Origin: Eledone cirrhosa
Lineage: Eukaryota
Assembly (NCBI GenBank): GCA_964016885.1
Contig: OZ024747.1
Span: 66,960,001 to 67,024,000 of the forward strand
Length of the DNA: 64,000 nucleotides
Direction of reading: 5' to 3'
How positions within the stretch are numbered: the stretch's first letter is position 1; each line of letters begins with the position of its first letter. The translations under genes were made by a program, and so were the position numbers. The notes under the pieces are model-generated. The model did no database searches, was not told the origin of the DNA, and worked only from the letters and a program-made list of their open reading frames with translations. Shown here in pieces: positions 25,480 to 39,625 of the stretch.

Positions 25480-25612
25480 CTGAGGTGTCATTAACATCAA
25501 ACATAAAGTTCATATATTTAGTTAACCATTCCGGCAAACTTTCTCCATTCTCGACGCTCTTCACGCATTCGGTCCACATTCGCAACCATTCGTCTTGCGT
25601 GACTTGTTCATC
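25480..25612 (-). CDS. cex: Calexcitin coding exon: DEQVTQDEWLRMWTECVKSVENGESLPEWLTKYMNFMFDVNDTS(G)
   Basis: Long polypyrimidine tract then aacag|gatgaa...acctcag|gtttgt; 133 bp, phase 0 to phase 1. Covers the end of EF-hand 2 and the start of EF-hand 3. Confidence 0.96.
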
Positions 25613-26044
25613 CTGTTAAAAAGAAAGACAGAAAAGAAAACAAAAAAACATTAATATATATATTATAATAATTGTTCGGCGTATTTGTCCGTCTGCCATT
25701 CAAATGCTATGATATAACAAAAACCTTCTAAAGCAGTTATTTATTCTAAATACTTTAAAATACTTTCATTCATTGTTTAGTGAAGACGATAGTACAAGAC
25801 TCTTTATTAAAATATCCTAAAAGAGTTAAGAATTATGAATAATGAATAAAAGGTAAATTGATATATGTTTTTGTCTTTGTCATGTTGTATATAGTATAGT
25901 ATGTAGTGTTACGTTAACGTATGTATATTGAGGGTCCTCTATGATGTGAGAATATATTTCAAAATGTCTACATTCACTTTTAAAATGTCTACAATTCTGC
26001 GATAAGTAATCAGTGATGTATTGACATCACTTTTTCTAATAAGA

Positions 26045-26660
26045 CAAAATTCGCCCCATCCAGTGTAAATGTTCACAACTTGATCATGTCTCAATTCTTT
26101 TATATTCTCTGAGTTAATTTGGAGATTTCTGCAACAATGTATGCCACTGTTTCATTCCAAATTCTATATACACTACATTTGCAGACACATCCTCCCCACC
26201 CATATTTTCTCAAACCGTTTATTTACAGTACTTGATCTTGTGCTGCTAAAATAAAGCTTTGTCTTTCGTTTTTCAATTGCCTTATTTAGAACCAAGCCCA
26301 CAACTTTCTTCCACGTACATCTTCAGTACCTTTCCGAAACTAACCATGCATAGTCTCTCACCAATCTGTTCAACATGTTCTCTTTGAATTTCATTTTTTT
26401 TCTTTTCACCCTTTCCAATCTTAATCACCTGTTCATTACTCACTACCTTCAGCAAAATTTATTAACTGTTCAGCAAATAATCAAGTAAGCTGCTTCTTTC
26501 TATCCTCATAAAATCTTCCACACCAGTTACGCCTATTCTACTCTGATCTCTCTTCAAGTTGATATCAGAATTTGGATAGTGGGCTCTTTTCATAGTCAAC
26601 AGCTTCTTAGTTTTTCTGTTGAATCCAATATTGCAGCTTCATATATGATAAATGGCATTA
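26045..26660 (-). mobile_element. Old degenerate Dong/R4-type LINE fragment
   Basis: Reverse strand keeps RKTKKLLTM, ETVAYIVAE..KLTQREYK..RHDQV, matching the younger Dong copies in this window. Confidence 0.7.
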
Positions 26661-26668
26661 TTATTTAC

Positions 26669-29400
26669 ACGAGGCGCTTAGCAAAGGCATCGCGGCCGAC
26701 GTACTTGCGGCGAAATTGGCCCTTGACCAATTCTTCAATACAAAGCACGAAGGCTGCGTTGTCAGAGCTAGGGTGCGTGCTCTCAGACACGAGGGGACGA
26801 AAGCCGTTCAATGGGCCCGAGTGGCGGAGGCGCGTCGTGGCAACAAAGCCACGATCCAGTCTTTGATGGACCACAACAGGCGCATGCTACTCGATCCCGG
26901 GCAAATGTGTGAAGCTTTTCAGCGACACTTCGCTCAGCTGTTCGGGGGCAGCGGCGGGCCGGATCGAGGGATGGACTTTAGTGTCTACCTCAACGGACTG
27001 TCGCGGCTCTCGGCCACTGAGGCGGAGTGTTGCGAAAAGCCGATAACAGCCGCTGAAGTACGGGAGGCAATGACTGGCTGCACAAGGGGTAAATCGCCTG
27101 GTTTGGATGGTCTGCCCTATGAACTTTACGTACAGATGCCAGACTTGTTCGGAGGCCTCTTGGAGGACGTCTACTGCAACTGGTGACAGAATGGGAGAAT
27201 TCCGAGCTCTGTGAGCAGAGGAGCTGTGGTGCTGCTGAGAAAGGATCCGAACAAGGGGGATAACATAGATAATTTCAGGCTCATAACTCTGCTAAACACA
27301 GAGTTCAAGATTTTGGCCAAGGTGCTAGCAAAGAGGTTGGCGCTTGTCGTTGGTGGTCTGGTGGGGGAGGCGCAGACATGCGCCATTCCCGACAGATCCA
27401 TCCACGACAACCTCTACCTCATGCGATACATCGTAGAGCCGCTAGCTAGGGAACCTGGCACGGGTGGGTCCTTGATCAATTTAGATCAGTCGAAAGTTTT
27501 CGATAGGGTCGACCATCGTTACCTAGCGGCAGTCCTGAGGGCGGCTGGCTTTGGGCCCGTCTTCAGAGACTGGATCGCTGTCATGCACAGCGACATATGC
27601 TCTGTGGTGAGAGTGAACGGTCACCTTTCGGAACCGTTAAACATCATGCGCTCGGTCCGCCAAGGATGTCCCCTCACGTCCCTCTTGTACGTATTGACTC
27701 TCGAGCCATTACTGCACAAACTGGAGACGTTGAGGGGGATCCTGCGCGAACTAGGATGCGGAAGATCCGTGTCAGCATATGCGGACGATGTCACCGTAGT
27801 GGTGTCGAACACCAAACACATCGAGGCGATCGTCACTACACTAAGAGAATACGAAGCGGTGACAGGAGCAATGATCAACCAGGAAAAGTCAGTGGGCCTG
27901 CAGCTCGGCACCTGGAGAGGCAGGTCCATGCCATCCAACAGCATCGTCGGGCGCTGGACGGACGGACCGATTAAATTGCTAGGGGTCTGGTTCGGTCCGG
28001 ATCTCCAGACGGACAAAAACTGGGACGAGGTGACGAGCAGGGTGGCTTCTCTCACCCAGAAATGGGCGGAGAGGAAGCTATCCCTGAAAGGTCGAGCAGA
28101 GGTGGCTAACGCGTACATCGCGTCCATCATCTACTACCGCCTGACCGTCGTTCCTTGTCCTAAGCCCCGCCTGACTGCGCTGGAGCGTTTGTTTGCTCTT
28201 TCGCTTTTTGTGGAAGGGACGCGCTCCGATGGTCAGACGGTCCATCTGCTGTCAACACCCGCTACGTGGAGGGCTGGGCATGCCGTGGCTGATGATGTAG
28301 ACACGCGCTCAGGCTACGACATCTCCACCTCTTCCTCGACGGTGATCAGGTGTGGTCGCCGTTTGCTAGACGCGTCTTTCCCCAGCTCGTCTCTTTGGCG
28401 GAGCTGCAATCCTGGGTCAAGCGAAGACCGAGAGGGAGCGCTTGGAGACTGAAATGTCTTCAGACGCTTACAGCCCTCGACCAATCGGGCAATGTGATCG
28501 GTGAAAACTCCACCTTGGCGTTCTATAGAGGATTAGTGGAGGGGAAGAGCGACGACGTACTTGGAGAAACTCTAGGCGTCGACGAAAATCAACTAGCCAA
28601 TCTCTTCGGAAGAACTTTCGGGCCGGGGCCTATGGACAACTTCCAGAAATCTCTGGCCTGGCAGTGTTACCGAGGAGCTTTGCCAGTTCGGGTTAAACTC
28701 TACAGGCATGGAGGTGCCGTCAGCCGGGCATGTCCAAGATGCGCGCAGGGCGACGAAACCGTCCTGCACGCACTCGTCCAGTGTCTGAGCATTGCTGACT
28801 TGTGGGTTTATGTCGAACACCTGCTGTCACATGTAGGACGGAACCGGCTATCAGCTGAGTCCATCGTGAGGATTGCCCCGCCCTCTTCCTTTAGCCGGGA
28901 AGCGCAGGCAGTTTTTATCTGTCTGGTGGCCATGGCGAAAGAGATAGTATGGTGGACACGTTTGAAAGGGCTGAAGACGAGCACTTACCTCTTCGGTGAT
29001 GCCCTGATTAACCTTTTCAAATTTCATTTGAAAAGGAAAATCAGGGTAGAGTGGGAGGTGCTCTCTTCCCAGCATTTTGTTGAAAGATGGGTGAGAGAAG
29101 CAAGTATGGCCCGAGTGAATGGGCCTACTCTGAGTATGTGTCTGTAAATTAAAGGTGGAAAACTGGGAGAGGGCACTTGCCCTGGTGGTTAGGGTCACTG
29201 TGGCCTTTTAATGGGCTTTCTCCACAAATGTCCCTCGGAAGTCTCCCCTCCTATTGGGGAATTTTTCATTGTTATTTTTTTGTTACATCCTCTGTTTTTG
29301 TTTTTTTACACGCAGAAATGCCCTTTTGTACCGTCCTGTATTGTGCTGTACTGTCCTTAATGTCTACTTTATGTAAACCTTTGTGGTTAATAAATAAATC
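26669..29400 (+). mobile_element. 5'-truncated Tx1-type LINE, family B
   Basis: Very similar to ~44927-47653; RT and C-terminal CCHC; ends taataaataaatc(att)n. Confidence 0.93.
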
Positions 29401-29420
29401 ATTATTATTATTAGTAGTAA

Positions 29421-29467
<47 letters not shown>

Positions 29468-29477
29468 GTAGTAATAT

Positions 29478-29525
<48 letters not shown>

Positions 29526-29537
29526 CAGCAGTAGTAG
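29401..29537. repeat. (ATT)n/(AGT)n microsatellite
   Basis: Directly visible. Confidence 0.95.
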
Positions 29538-29541
29538 AAAT

Positions 29542-29752
29542 AAGGACGGTGGGTAAGCAGTATTGGTTAAGCGTCGGACATGTTTTGTGGCATATAGTTA
29601 CGGCCCTTTACGTTTTGGGTTAAAATCCCGCTGAAGTTTGCTTTGTCTTTCACTTTTACGGAGTCGATAAAATAAAGCACACACTGGCGTCGATTTAATC
29701 GACTTCCCTTTTTTCTTCAAGTTGTTGGCCATATGTCAAAAGTATAAACAAT
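29542..29752 (+). mobile_element. tRNA-derived SINE, diverged
   Basis: Head aaggacggtgggtaagcagtattgg, B-box gggttaaaatc, core gtcgataaaataaagcac. Confidence 0.75.
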
Positions 29753-30109
29753 TGTTATCTGCCACCATAATTATTATTTTATATGTAGTAAATATTACTA
29801 ATATATTCGAGTATTCAGTTTATTTAATCCGTTGTATAAACCATTGGAATATTAACATGTACGCACTAGATCTCTTCACCTCGTCTAATGACGTAAAACT
29901 CATTCTATATAATATAGTTGTATATTTGCATCTGTTCTGCTTCAGGCTCTTTCCTACATCCGTTATGTTCTGCAGTTTAGATATGATAGATGCCTGCCTG
30001 CATCCACAGAATCAAGAGTGTCTCAGTTTCTAAACAACTACGGAAAGTGCGGAAAAAAAGATATAAACATTGCAAATAATATCTATCTATCTACACAGAC
30101 ACACACACA

Positions 30110-30203
<94 letters not shown>

Positions 30204-30260
30204 CACACACACACAAATATATAATATATATATATCATAAATAATTACAACAGTGACATA

Positions 30261-30312
30261 AACAGGTACTCAAGTTTCGTTGGGTTCTGGGCCCCAATTT
30301 CTTCAGCTTGTC
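30261..30312 (-). ncRNA. Type I hammerhead ribozyme motif
   Basis: gacaag-CTGAAGA-aattgggg cccagaa cccaac-GAAA-cttgag-TA-cctgtt. Confidence 0.75.
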
Positions 30313-30492
30313 AAGAGAAAAAAACAAAAACAAAGATATTTATTTTTCTCAGAAATAACTCCTACATCTCTAGATGGGCGCCATTCGTTTGTGATCATGA
30401 GAATGTGTTGTTGATTTCAAACTAATGAATGAGTTCAATCCTGTAAATGCCATATCTATATAAAATAAACTATGTCTATCTCTCTATCTTTG

Positions 30493-30566
<74 letters not shown>

Positions 30567-30864
30567 ATGTATGTATATGTATATATAGGTGTGTGTGTGT
30601 TTGTGCGTGCGTATATATAATTATAATTATATATATAAATGCAATTTTTCTTCTTTCCCATGAAATATTGACTTCCCTATGCAGGTAAGTAGAAATCGAT
30701 TGTTCTGACCTGCTTCCTTCTTCTTAACTGTCCTGTTGGCATCATTATCTTAGTGCAAAGATTGCTCGTTCGATCATACTCCACACTCTAAATAACGACG
30801 TTACACGTATGCGCTCGCGTTGCACATCTTCCTTCTGTCTACTGCACTTCCTGTATCTCTTGCC

Positions 30865-30931
<67 letters not shown>

Positions 30932-30947
30932 ACTATATATATACATG

Positions 30948-31018
<71 letters not shown>

Positions 31019-31156
31019 ATGTTTAGCACGTTAGCATACAACACTATTTTCTGCATCTTGCAATTCATTCTATTTTGAGAAATCCTTCACTTTTGACGCG
31101 TTTAATATTTGTATCGTTGTTAATATTATCATCATTATTATCATCATTATTATTAT

Positions 31157-31342
31157 GTATCGGTAGAGGCTCGGACGCTATGCTTTGACGCACAGAGTTA
31201 CGGCCCTTGCCATTCTGAGTTCGAATCCCGCCGAGGTTAACTTTGCCTTTCATCCTTACGGGGTCGAGAAAATAAAGTACCAGTAATGCACTGGGTTATT
31301 GCTGGCCTTGTGCCAAAAAGTAGAAACAATTATTATTATTAT
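31157..31342 (+). mobile_element. tRNA-derived SINE with (ATT)n on both sides
   Basis: B-box gagttcgaatc, conserved core, tail agtagaaacaattattattatt. Confidence 0.88.
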
Positions 31343-31712
31343 TAGATTCCCCATCACCATCATCATCATCATCATCATCATCGTCATCATCATCATCATC
31401 TCATCATCATCATCATCATCGTTAACAACAACTTCATCATCAGTATGATGGATTGCTTTCATCTTTCTGTATATGAAAATTACTGAGGTTGATACAATCG
31501 ACTTCTCTCTTCCATGAAATTCCTAGCCACAGGTTTCATCCAACATCCAAGTAGAAGTGTAACAAAGGATATCGCTTTGCAACCATTAGATTCTGAATTC
31601 AGTGCCAGTCAGTGCCACCATGGTCAGAAGATTTCTATTATAGTTTCGGTTTGGCCAATTCTATGTGAGTGGGATTTGGTTGACTGCTAAAGTCTGTTAT
31701 CTCTCCCTGCCC

Positions 31713-31850
<138 letters not shown>

Positions 31851-31931
31851 TTAGAAACACACAGATACATGCGGACACACACATATATACATGAATGCAT
31901 CCGCACCCAACTGTGAGTTAAGGGTGCCAAC

Positions 31932-31987
<56 letters not shown>

Positions 31988-32466
31988 AAAAAGAGTCACG
32001 ACCCCGACGACTGAGAGCTCCAGCCGTTTCGACAGCTAGATCCGACAGCCGGAGCTCAGCCATCGGGATCCTGACTCTTTTCCTATTATCCACTTTACTA
32101 GCCTAAGTATCGAGTACTCTGGTGTGTTATGGTCCACCTGGTTTCTTACCACACTTTCTTTGCTATATATATATATATACAGGGAGAGAGATGTGTATGT
32201 AGGGGGGTGTCTATGTTTATGTCATGTGGCTCGTGATTTCAAAACGTAAATACCTCTATCGATATGGTCGAGTAAATCAAAACGGTAAGTTACCATGGTT
32301 TCAACCTAATGATTAAAACGTATGAAAGACTTGGATACGAACAATTTACACTTCAGTGAGAGACTGTGAATATCTTATTATTCCATTCTATACTTCAGTT
32401 AGTGAGAGTGAAAAAACATTTTCCCTCATTTATAATCATAGTGAGTAACTGTGTTTATCATCTTAC

Positions 32467-32577
32467 CTCATTTTCATCTGCAAACTTCCTTAGTCCGTCC
32501 CATATCAACTTTAAGGTATCTCTTGCCTCATTATGTTTTGGACCATTAGTTGGCCAGGAATGCAACTCGCAGATTTT
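32467..32577 (-). CDS. cex: Calexcitin coding exon: KICELHSWPTNGPKHNEARDTLKLIWDGLRKFADENE
   Basis: cag|aaaatc...aatgag|gtaaga; 111 bp, phase 0/0. Contained in ORF 32458..32682; near-identical to squid calexcitin ~41-77. Confidence 0.96.
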
Positions 32578-32924
32578 CTGGTGAACATAGAAATAAATAA
32601 AAAGTAAAATATAAAACATTGAAGTAAGTGGTTTAAACACCAGTGTACAATTAATACTTTCAAACATTAAATGAATGTGCACTCAATACATCTAAGGAGA
32701 TTGTAGAACAGGATATTTTTTCTGAAGAAAAAGATGGAAGGGACTTCGAAGTTTGAGTATCAGAATGAGTATTCGCCGGAACTTTGATGTATATACATGT
32801 ATGAATGTGTACATGTATATACATGTATGTATATACATGTATGAATGTGTACGTATATGCGCGGCGACATAGAAATAATCGGACTGTATACCCAATCGCG
32901 TGGTTAAACAACTGGGAGTGAAGG

Positions 32925-33210
32925 ACCCCTAGCATTTGTCAGGGCATTCTTCTAGGAGAAGGCAACTCAGGAAACTGGGATAACTCCGACATAAAACTTG
33001 CAGCTCAGTAGTTACCAATGATATTGATCTTTTCTTCTTTTCGGGTTACAACTACTGTCGCTCAGAGAGTGGGATTGGCTCAGTGCACAGTCTCTCCTCA
33101 CTTTAAAAAGAATCTTCACGCACAGGCATTGCACGATAGCATTAAATAATAATTATTAATAATGTTATATCATGCAATGGCTATAATCATTAACCGGGAG
33201 CAGCCATCAT
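32925..33210 (+). mobile_element. Diverged relative of the RTE-derived non-autonomous element
   Basis: Shares ctaggagaagg, ccaatgat.ttga..t.ttcttcttt, gagagtggga.tggct, cttcac..acaggcattgc and a gcagcca.cat end with 11593-12202. Confidence 0.6.
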
Positions 33211-33329
33211 GAATGTATGTATGTAAGTACGTACGTATGTATGTACGTATGTATGTACGTACGTATGTATGTAAGTACGTACGTATGTATGTACGTATGT
33301 TGTACGTATGTATGTATGTAAGTACGTAC

Positions 33330-33899
33330 GTAACATGTATCCCAGTACAACCTGTCTCATGGTCGGGTCGTTGGCGACTAAACTGGCAACCCCATCAAGG
33401 TTTCTTGGTGAGGAGGGTGACTTTGGACATCCTGCAGGACTAAAAACAAAACCTGTCAAAGGGCAAAGGAGCTCTTAAGAGTCAATGGCCATCCAAAATC
33501 ACCGGGAGAAATGACCCCTTAGCCTTTGTCAAGGCAGAATTCTAGAAGGAAAACTCTGATATAACACCTGCAACCCTGATGGTATCCAATGATGTTGACT
33601 TGTTCTTCTTTTTGGTAAATATCATCTTGGTTAAGAGAGTGTGACTGGCTTTGTGCAGTGCCTTTGCTCACTATAAAAGCTTCACGGCACAGGCATTGCT
33701 TTATATCTGCACTTGTTGTCACATGGTACCATGGGCCCAGCACTATGTGCCAATAATTGTCACAAGTGTAGTGTTTATACCAGAGTTTTCAAGTCGCTGG
33801 CTGGACTAAAAAGTCACACTCGTTCAGCGTATCGGTAGGGGTTCTCCTACAGGGATATAAAGTAGTGGCCGTACTCGAAAACGAGTTGGCAGCCACCAT
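33330..33899 (+). mobile_element. Non-autonomous RTE-derived element, copy 2
   Basis: Highly similar to 11617-12202; flanked by (TACG/TATG)n. Confidence 0.75.
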
Positions 33900-35540
33900 G
33901 TACGTATGTATGAATGTATGTATATTCGTATGTGTGTATGCATGGATGTATGTGTGTGTTTTTGTGATGGCTTGAACCATGAATAATACTTTTCCAAAGC
34001 TGTATATTACTACCACTACGTCGGCCGTCACACGCAATTGAGTATGACTTGATAGTATGTATCATCCTTTTTTCTAATGGTTTTAAGTGCCTACACAGTC
34101 ACCAATAGACATAAATATCCTGTCGATTCACCCTCCCATGATCCAGTATGTCATCCAAGGTGTGGTAGATGGAAGGAGATAGGTCTGTCCCTGGTGGAAG
34201 GACTACACTTGTACACTGCATCATTTGGAAAATGTTTAAAATAATTACAAATGATATTGAATTACACCTTAGAAATTATCGTGTTTTTCTATTTTCGATG
34301 ATTGACCTTTTTCTGACCGGAAGCAATTTAGAAAGAAGTGCTTGACAAGTTTTTAATACATCATTAACGTATGAGATAATTGATTGTTAGCAGTTTTTTT
34401 TTATTTTGTATGAGAGTAAAAAAAAAAAAACTGAGCAACATCACAATCACCGCTCTTTATAACTCATTAAAAGTCGAAACTAAAAATGGCGGTTTATTAT
34501 TATGTCTGATTTCTATCTATAATAACTATTGGAAAATCGTTCAGTCCTCTAGTCTTGTTATAACAGAGGTTTGGTTTTATAACCACCACACGTGTAGCCT
34601 AGTGGTTAGGGTGTTAGACTCACAGGGTTCGTTTCCTGGACCACGAAATGCCTCGTTTCGTGTTGTTTTTCGTGACAGAATTGAGGCCCTATCATTAAAG
34701 CACACGCGAAAATTCCTGAGATGCAGCCTCGTAGGGGCCAATTAAACTTAACAATAACATTAAATGACTGTAGCCCCTATCATTTATACACCCAATGAGA
34801 TGCAGCCTCGTATGTGACCAGCTAAATTTGCAGAGGGGAGCGCTGTAAATCTAATTTGTATCTTTTTCATCTTTTACAAACGCCATATATCAGAGTTTTC
34901 GGAATATATCAATTGCTGGGTCTATATTACAGTCTGTTTCTTTGTTTTTGCTTTTTTCTTATCCTCGAATAATGAGATGAGGTGTCTACGGCGACAAGCT
35001 GGCAAAACTACAAATGACTGTATCAGAAAAGAAAATATCAGGTAGATGGTTGGTGCCATCAACGAATAACGTCGGTTAAGAATGTCAATTAGCTAACCCA
35101 ACTTCCCGGATATATACCACCAACGGTTCGGACTTTAAAGCCAGGAGAAATCCAGGCCGGTGATGGATTAATGGAGTGGGATGCATCTCTCCACATCAAC
35201 AGCGTGGCATTACTACAGGCCAAGAGATAGCAGTCTAAGACACGAACTACATCAACAGTAGAACACTACAATAGATTTCTTCGCACATCAAGCGATAACG
35301 TGTCTACAGGTAAAAGCAAATTTTAATGTTTAGAAGATTAAAACTAAAAAATGATGAAATATAAAGTTAAAATATGAGAATATATTATTTTTATTTTCTT
35401 TCATTATTGTTTCTGATATATATGCCGAGTGTCTTCCTGACACCTAGGGCAAATGAATTCACAGTATGTATTGGTAAGCCAGTTAATACAGCACCTTGAT
35501 TATAATTTAAAAAAAAAAAAATTATTATTATTATTGTTGT

Positions 35541-35962
35541 TTGAGTCTCAGTCATTGATGTTAGTTAACTGGAAAGTTTGTTGAAATGAATATCAAGCCA
35601 CTACCTGCAGCCTCAGACATTCAGGACGTATCGGAGGGTTCTTGCTGTTCCCAGCAAGCATGCCTTTTGAAGCGTTCCAAAAAGCGTGGCGGGGCCAATT
35701 TCCTTTAACCATCCCTGGAAACTCTTTGAGATAGTACCTAGTGCGCCTATGACAATCGGGACTACTTTGACTTCATGGCAGTTCCAAATCCTTTTTACCT
35801 CCCACTTTAAGTCCTGGTATCGGTTAATTTTCTCCCTCTCCTTCTCTTGCAATCTTGTGTCGAATGGGCAGGCTATATCAACAATCAGGCACGATCTTTT
35901 TCTCTTGTCCAAAACGACCAGGTCAGGTCTATTGTGTTACAGTTTCTTGTCCGTCTGTATCC
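35541..35962 (-). mobile_element. Short 5'-truncated Dong/R4 copy in tandem with the long copy
   Basis: Restriction-like endonuclease peptide RPD..DIACPFD..KINRYQDL..VVPIVIGALG; near-identical to 36003-36436; (ATT)n on both sides. Confidence 0.9.
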
Positions 35963-36002
35963 TTATTATTATTATTATTATTATTATTATTGTTATTACT
36001 CT

Positions 36003-39000
36003 TTGAGTCTCAGTCATTGATGTTAGTTAACTGGAAAGTTTGTTGAAATGAATATCAAGCCACTACCTGCAGCCTCAGATATTCAGGACGTATCGGAGGG
36101 TTCTTGCTGTTCCCAGCAAGCATGCCTTTTGAAGCGTTCCAAAAAGCGTGAAGGGGCCAATTTTCTTTAACCATCCCTGGAAACTTTTTGAGATAGTCCC
36201 CAGTGCGCCTATGACAATCGGGATCACTTTGACTTCATGGCAGTTCCAAATCCTTTTTACCTCCCGCTTTAAGTCCTGGTATCGGTTAATTTTCTCCCTC
36301 TCCTTCTCTTGCACTCTCGTGTCGAATGGGCAGGCCACATCCACAATCAGGCATAATCTTTATCCGATCTTTTTTCTTTGTCCAAAACCACCAGGTCAGG
36401 TCTATTGTGTTCCAGTTTCTTGTCCGTCTGTATCCTAAAATCCCACAGCACCTTCACCTGATCATTTTCTATCACCGCCTCTGGCTTATGCTCATACCAC
36501 TTCTCAGAATGTGGTAAATTGTTTACTTTTCATAGGTGCCAATGGATCACCCTGCCCATCACATCATGTCTCCAGCCCTTATAGTGGGTCTGGGCTAGGT
36601 GTTTACACTCGGATACAATGTGAGCCACAGTCTCCTCTCTCTCTCCACAGATCCTGCACAGTGGGCTAGCCTCCTCCTTGTAAATGTGGTGTTTCAACCA
36701 CTTCGTTTTGAGGGCCTGCTCCTGCGCAGCCATTAACATTCCTTCTGTAGCCTTTTTAAGGTCTCCTCTTTTCAACCAGTTCCATGTCTGTGGATCTCTA
36801 AATTCAGTTTTCTCAAAGAAGGTAATATGAAGGGATTTTTCCTGAAGGCTGCTCTTTCTCCTTGATGTTATTTCCTCCTTGGACATCCCCTGGCCTATTG
36901 TCCCCTCCTTCAGTACAGCTCTGAGCATTGGCTCCTTACTATCAGTCACATATTTGTGTAGGTTGTTTTTCTCCATCTGAACACAGACCTCTATGCTGAT
37001 AAGACCTCTTCCACCTTCAGATCTCCTTAAGTAGAGTCTATCGACATCACTCCTCTTGTGGAACATATTGTAGATAGACAATAGCTTCCTAGTCTTCCTA
37101 TCCATTTCTTTTTGTTCAGCAACATTCCATCTCAGAATTCCCGCACTGTACCTAATAATAGACACAGCTCGGGAATTTACTGCACTTATGGCATTCCTAC
37201 TGTTCAGATGTGACTTTAATACACTCCTTACTCTCCGAAGGTATTCAGTTCTTATCAATTCCTTCATTTTTTTGTTCTTGATGTCATCAGCCTCCAGAAC
37301 GCCCAAATACTTGTATCCTTCCTCAGAGTCAATTTCTTTTATCATCTCACCTGTTGGTATCTGGATTCCGTTACTTCTGCTCAACTTACCCCTCCTCATC
37401 ACAATGACTCCACACTTACTAATACCAAATTGCATACATATATCATTGCTGAAAATACGGACAGTGTCAACAAGCACATCCAACTCCTTCTTACTCTTCC
37501 CGAAGAGCTTAAGATCGTCCATGAAGAGGAGGTGATTGATGGTAAGCCCTCCCTTCCCCAACCTGTATCCTGCTCTCACTTTTCGCAGTACACTGGTCAG
37601 GGGCATCAGGGCAAGAAAAAACAACAGAGAGGACAGACTATCTCCCTAGAAGATACCTCTCTTGATCTTCACGCTTCCCAAGGATTCTCCAGTTGATGTT
37701 AACTCTCTTTCCCAGGACTTCATACTTTTGCCCAACAACTGTCTGATGTTATCTGCCACCTTGAAGATCTCCAGGCTTTTGGTGATCCAAGAATGAGGCA
37801 CCATGTCAAATGCCTTTTTGTAGTCTATCCATCCCATGGCAAGACCAGTGTGTCTCCTCTTGCAATTCCTCATTACCATCTTATCAATAAGTAACTGGTC
37901 CTTTGTACCACGTGACTTCTTTCGGCATCCTTTCTGTTCGTCCGGTAACAAGTTGTTTGTGTGGAGGTGATGGTAGATTTCCTCAGACATAATGCTTGTC
38001 AACAGTTTCCACATTACGGACAGACATGTGATAGGTCTATAGTTGGTAACATCATTACCCTTGATTCGGTCTTTCATTATCAGAACTGTGGTACCTTTTG
38101 TCAACCACTCTGGTACCACACCTGACATCAAGCAGTCATTGAACATGGTTGTCAGTTTCGGGTGGAGGGATGTTATGTTTTTAATCCAATACCCCTGCAC
38201 ACCATCTGGGCCAGGTGATTTCCAGTTGGTTAGTTGTTTGGCCTGCCCCTTAAGAGTTGCAACTGTGATACTCAAATCAGTTTGTTGGCGTGCCTGTTCA
38301 CTGATCTCCTTCTGTACTGTCTCAATCCACACTGCCTGGTCATTATGTTTAACATCCTGCTCCCATATTCCTCTCCAGAATGTTTTAGTTTGTTCCGCCT
38401 CAGGGATCAAGTCGTTGCCTCTTTCTTTCCCTTCAAGCTGTCCAAACAGCATCTTCTGGTTGTTGTCGAACATGCGGTTCTGTCTATACTGGCTGACTCT
38501 GTTCTCGTATCGCCTGATTTTTGCACTTTTTGCTACAATGCGTTGCTTCAGTTCCTCTATGATAATATTTAGCTTTTTCCTCCTAGTTTTGTACTTTATT
38601 TCCAGTCTATTTTTAGTGTCTATGTTTTTTAGTGTCCCATTCAGTAGGGACTCAAGCTTTCCAATGTCATTTCTCATTTCCCTGATTTGACCACTCAGTC
38701 GTTTCTTCCACCAAGGCTCTGCTCTTTCTTGTCTGTTGTTTCCTCTCGCTTTTATACCAAGTAGTTTCCTCACCGTATTTGCTGTTGCTTTGAGGATATT
38801 GTTGCACTGGTGAAGGCTCCTCGCCTCAAGGTATGGGATGACTTTGTTTACCTTAGCTGTTGTTTCTTTTAACTTTTTCCTGTCTACAAATCTTAGGTTC
38901 ATAGGTCTCCCACTATCATTGTTCAATTCATCTACCACTAAGTTTAAGATATCTACCAAATCTCGTCCTAGCCCGTCAGCTTTCATCTCCTCAGTGGTCG

Positions 39001-39625
39001 TATCTCTGTTCCAGGTATTATTTATCTCAGCATTCAGATCATTGTCTGTTTCGGGTGGTTCCTCCGTTTTCTCGACCTCTTCACCTTCATTTCCCACTGG
39101 CTCGTTTGCCTGGCATACTCCACCCTCCATCTCCAAGCTAATCTCTCTGCCCAGTTCCTCCAGTTCCAGCTCGCTTATCCACCCATTAGTTCTTATTACC
39201 CGAGCCTGCCCGGCCAGTTTTTGTTCATCTAATTTAAATGGGCCAATCTCGTTCCAGATGTTATGCATCCTTTTCCTATAGCCTTTCTCCTTGGGGTTAC
39301 TCTTCAGGTAACATTGCATAACAGTTCTATTCAATTCTTTCGTCCAGTTGGTTCTGATCCCTTTCCTTCTTCTTCTTCCTCCGACACCAGCAGTATTTGG
39401 TTGACAGCCAGGTCCCTGCTGCTGAGCCAGGGAGCACCTGTTGGGTGAGAGTCTGTCACATGACATTCTAGTCTCCATTTCACCGTTATTCGAACTGTTT
39501 AGGTTCGACATTTAAACACTCTTATCGAGGATTGGCGAATGTATGGTTACATAACCACCGGTGAATTACTTGTCTCCGGTGGTTTCGTCACTCCACGTGA
39601 CTTTTGTGTGGCATTATCACGCTGT
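36003..39625 (-). mobile_element. Near full-length Dong/R4-clade non-LTR retrotransposon (RT + CCHC + RLE), frameshifted
   Basis: WKSPGPDGVQG, NYRPITCL, IDYKKAFDMVPHSW, HLLFMDD, CRICGEREETVAHIVSEC, PD-D-K endonuclease; 3' end in (TAA)n. Confidence 0.92.

Noticed and set aside
32008-32062. gagctcc/ggagctc hairpin with GAAA on the minus strand
   Set aside because: The core would need several changes (ctgtcgg); not counted as a ribozyme.
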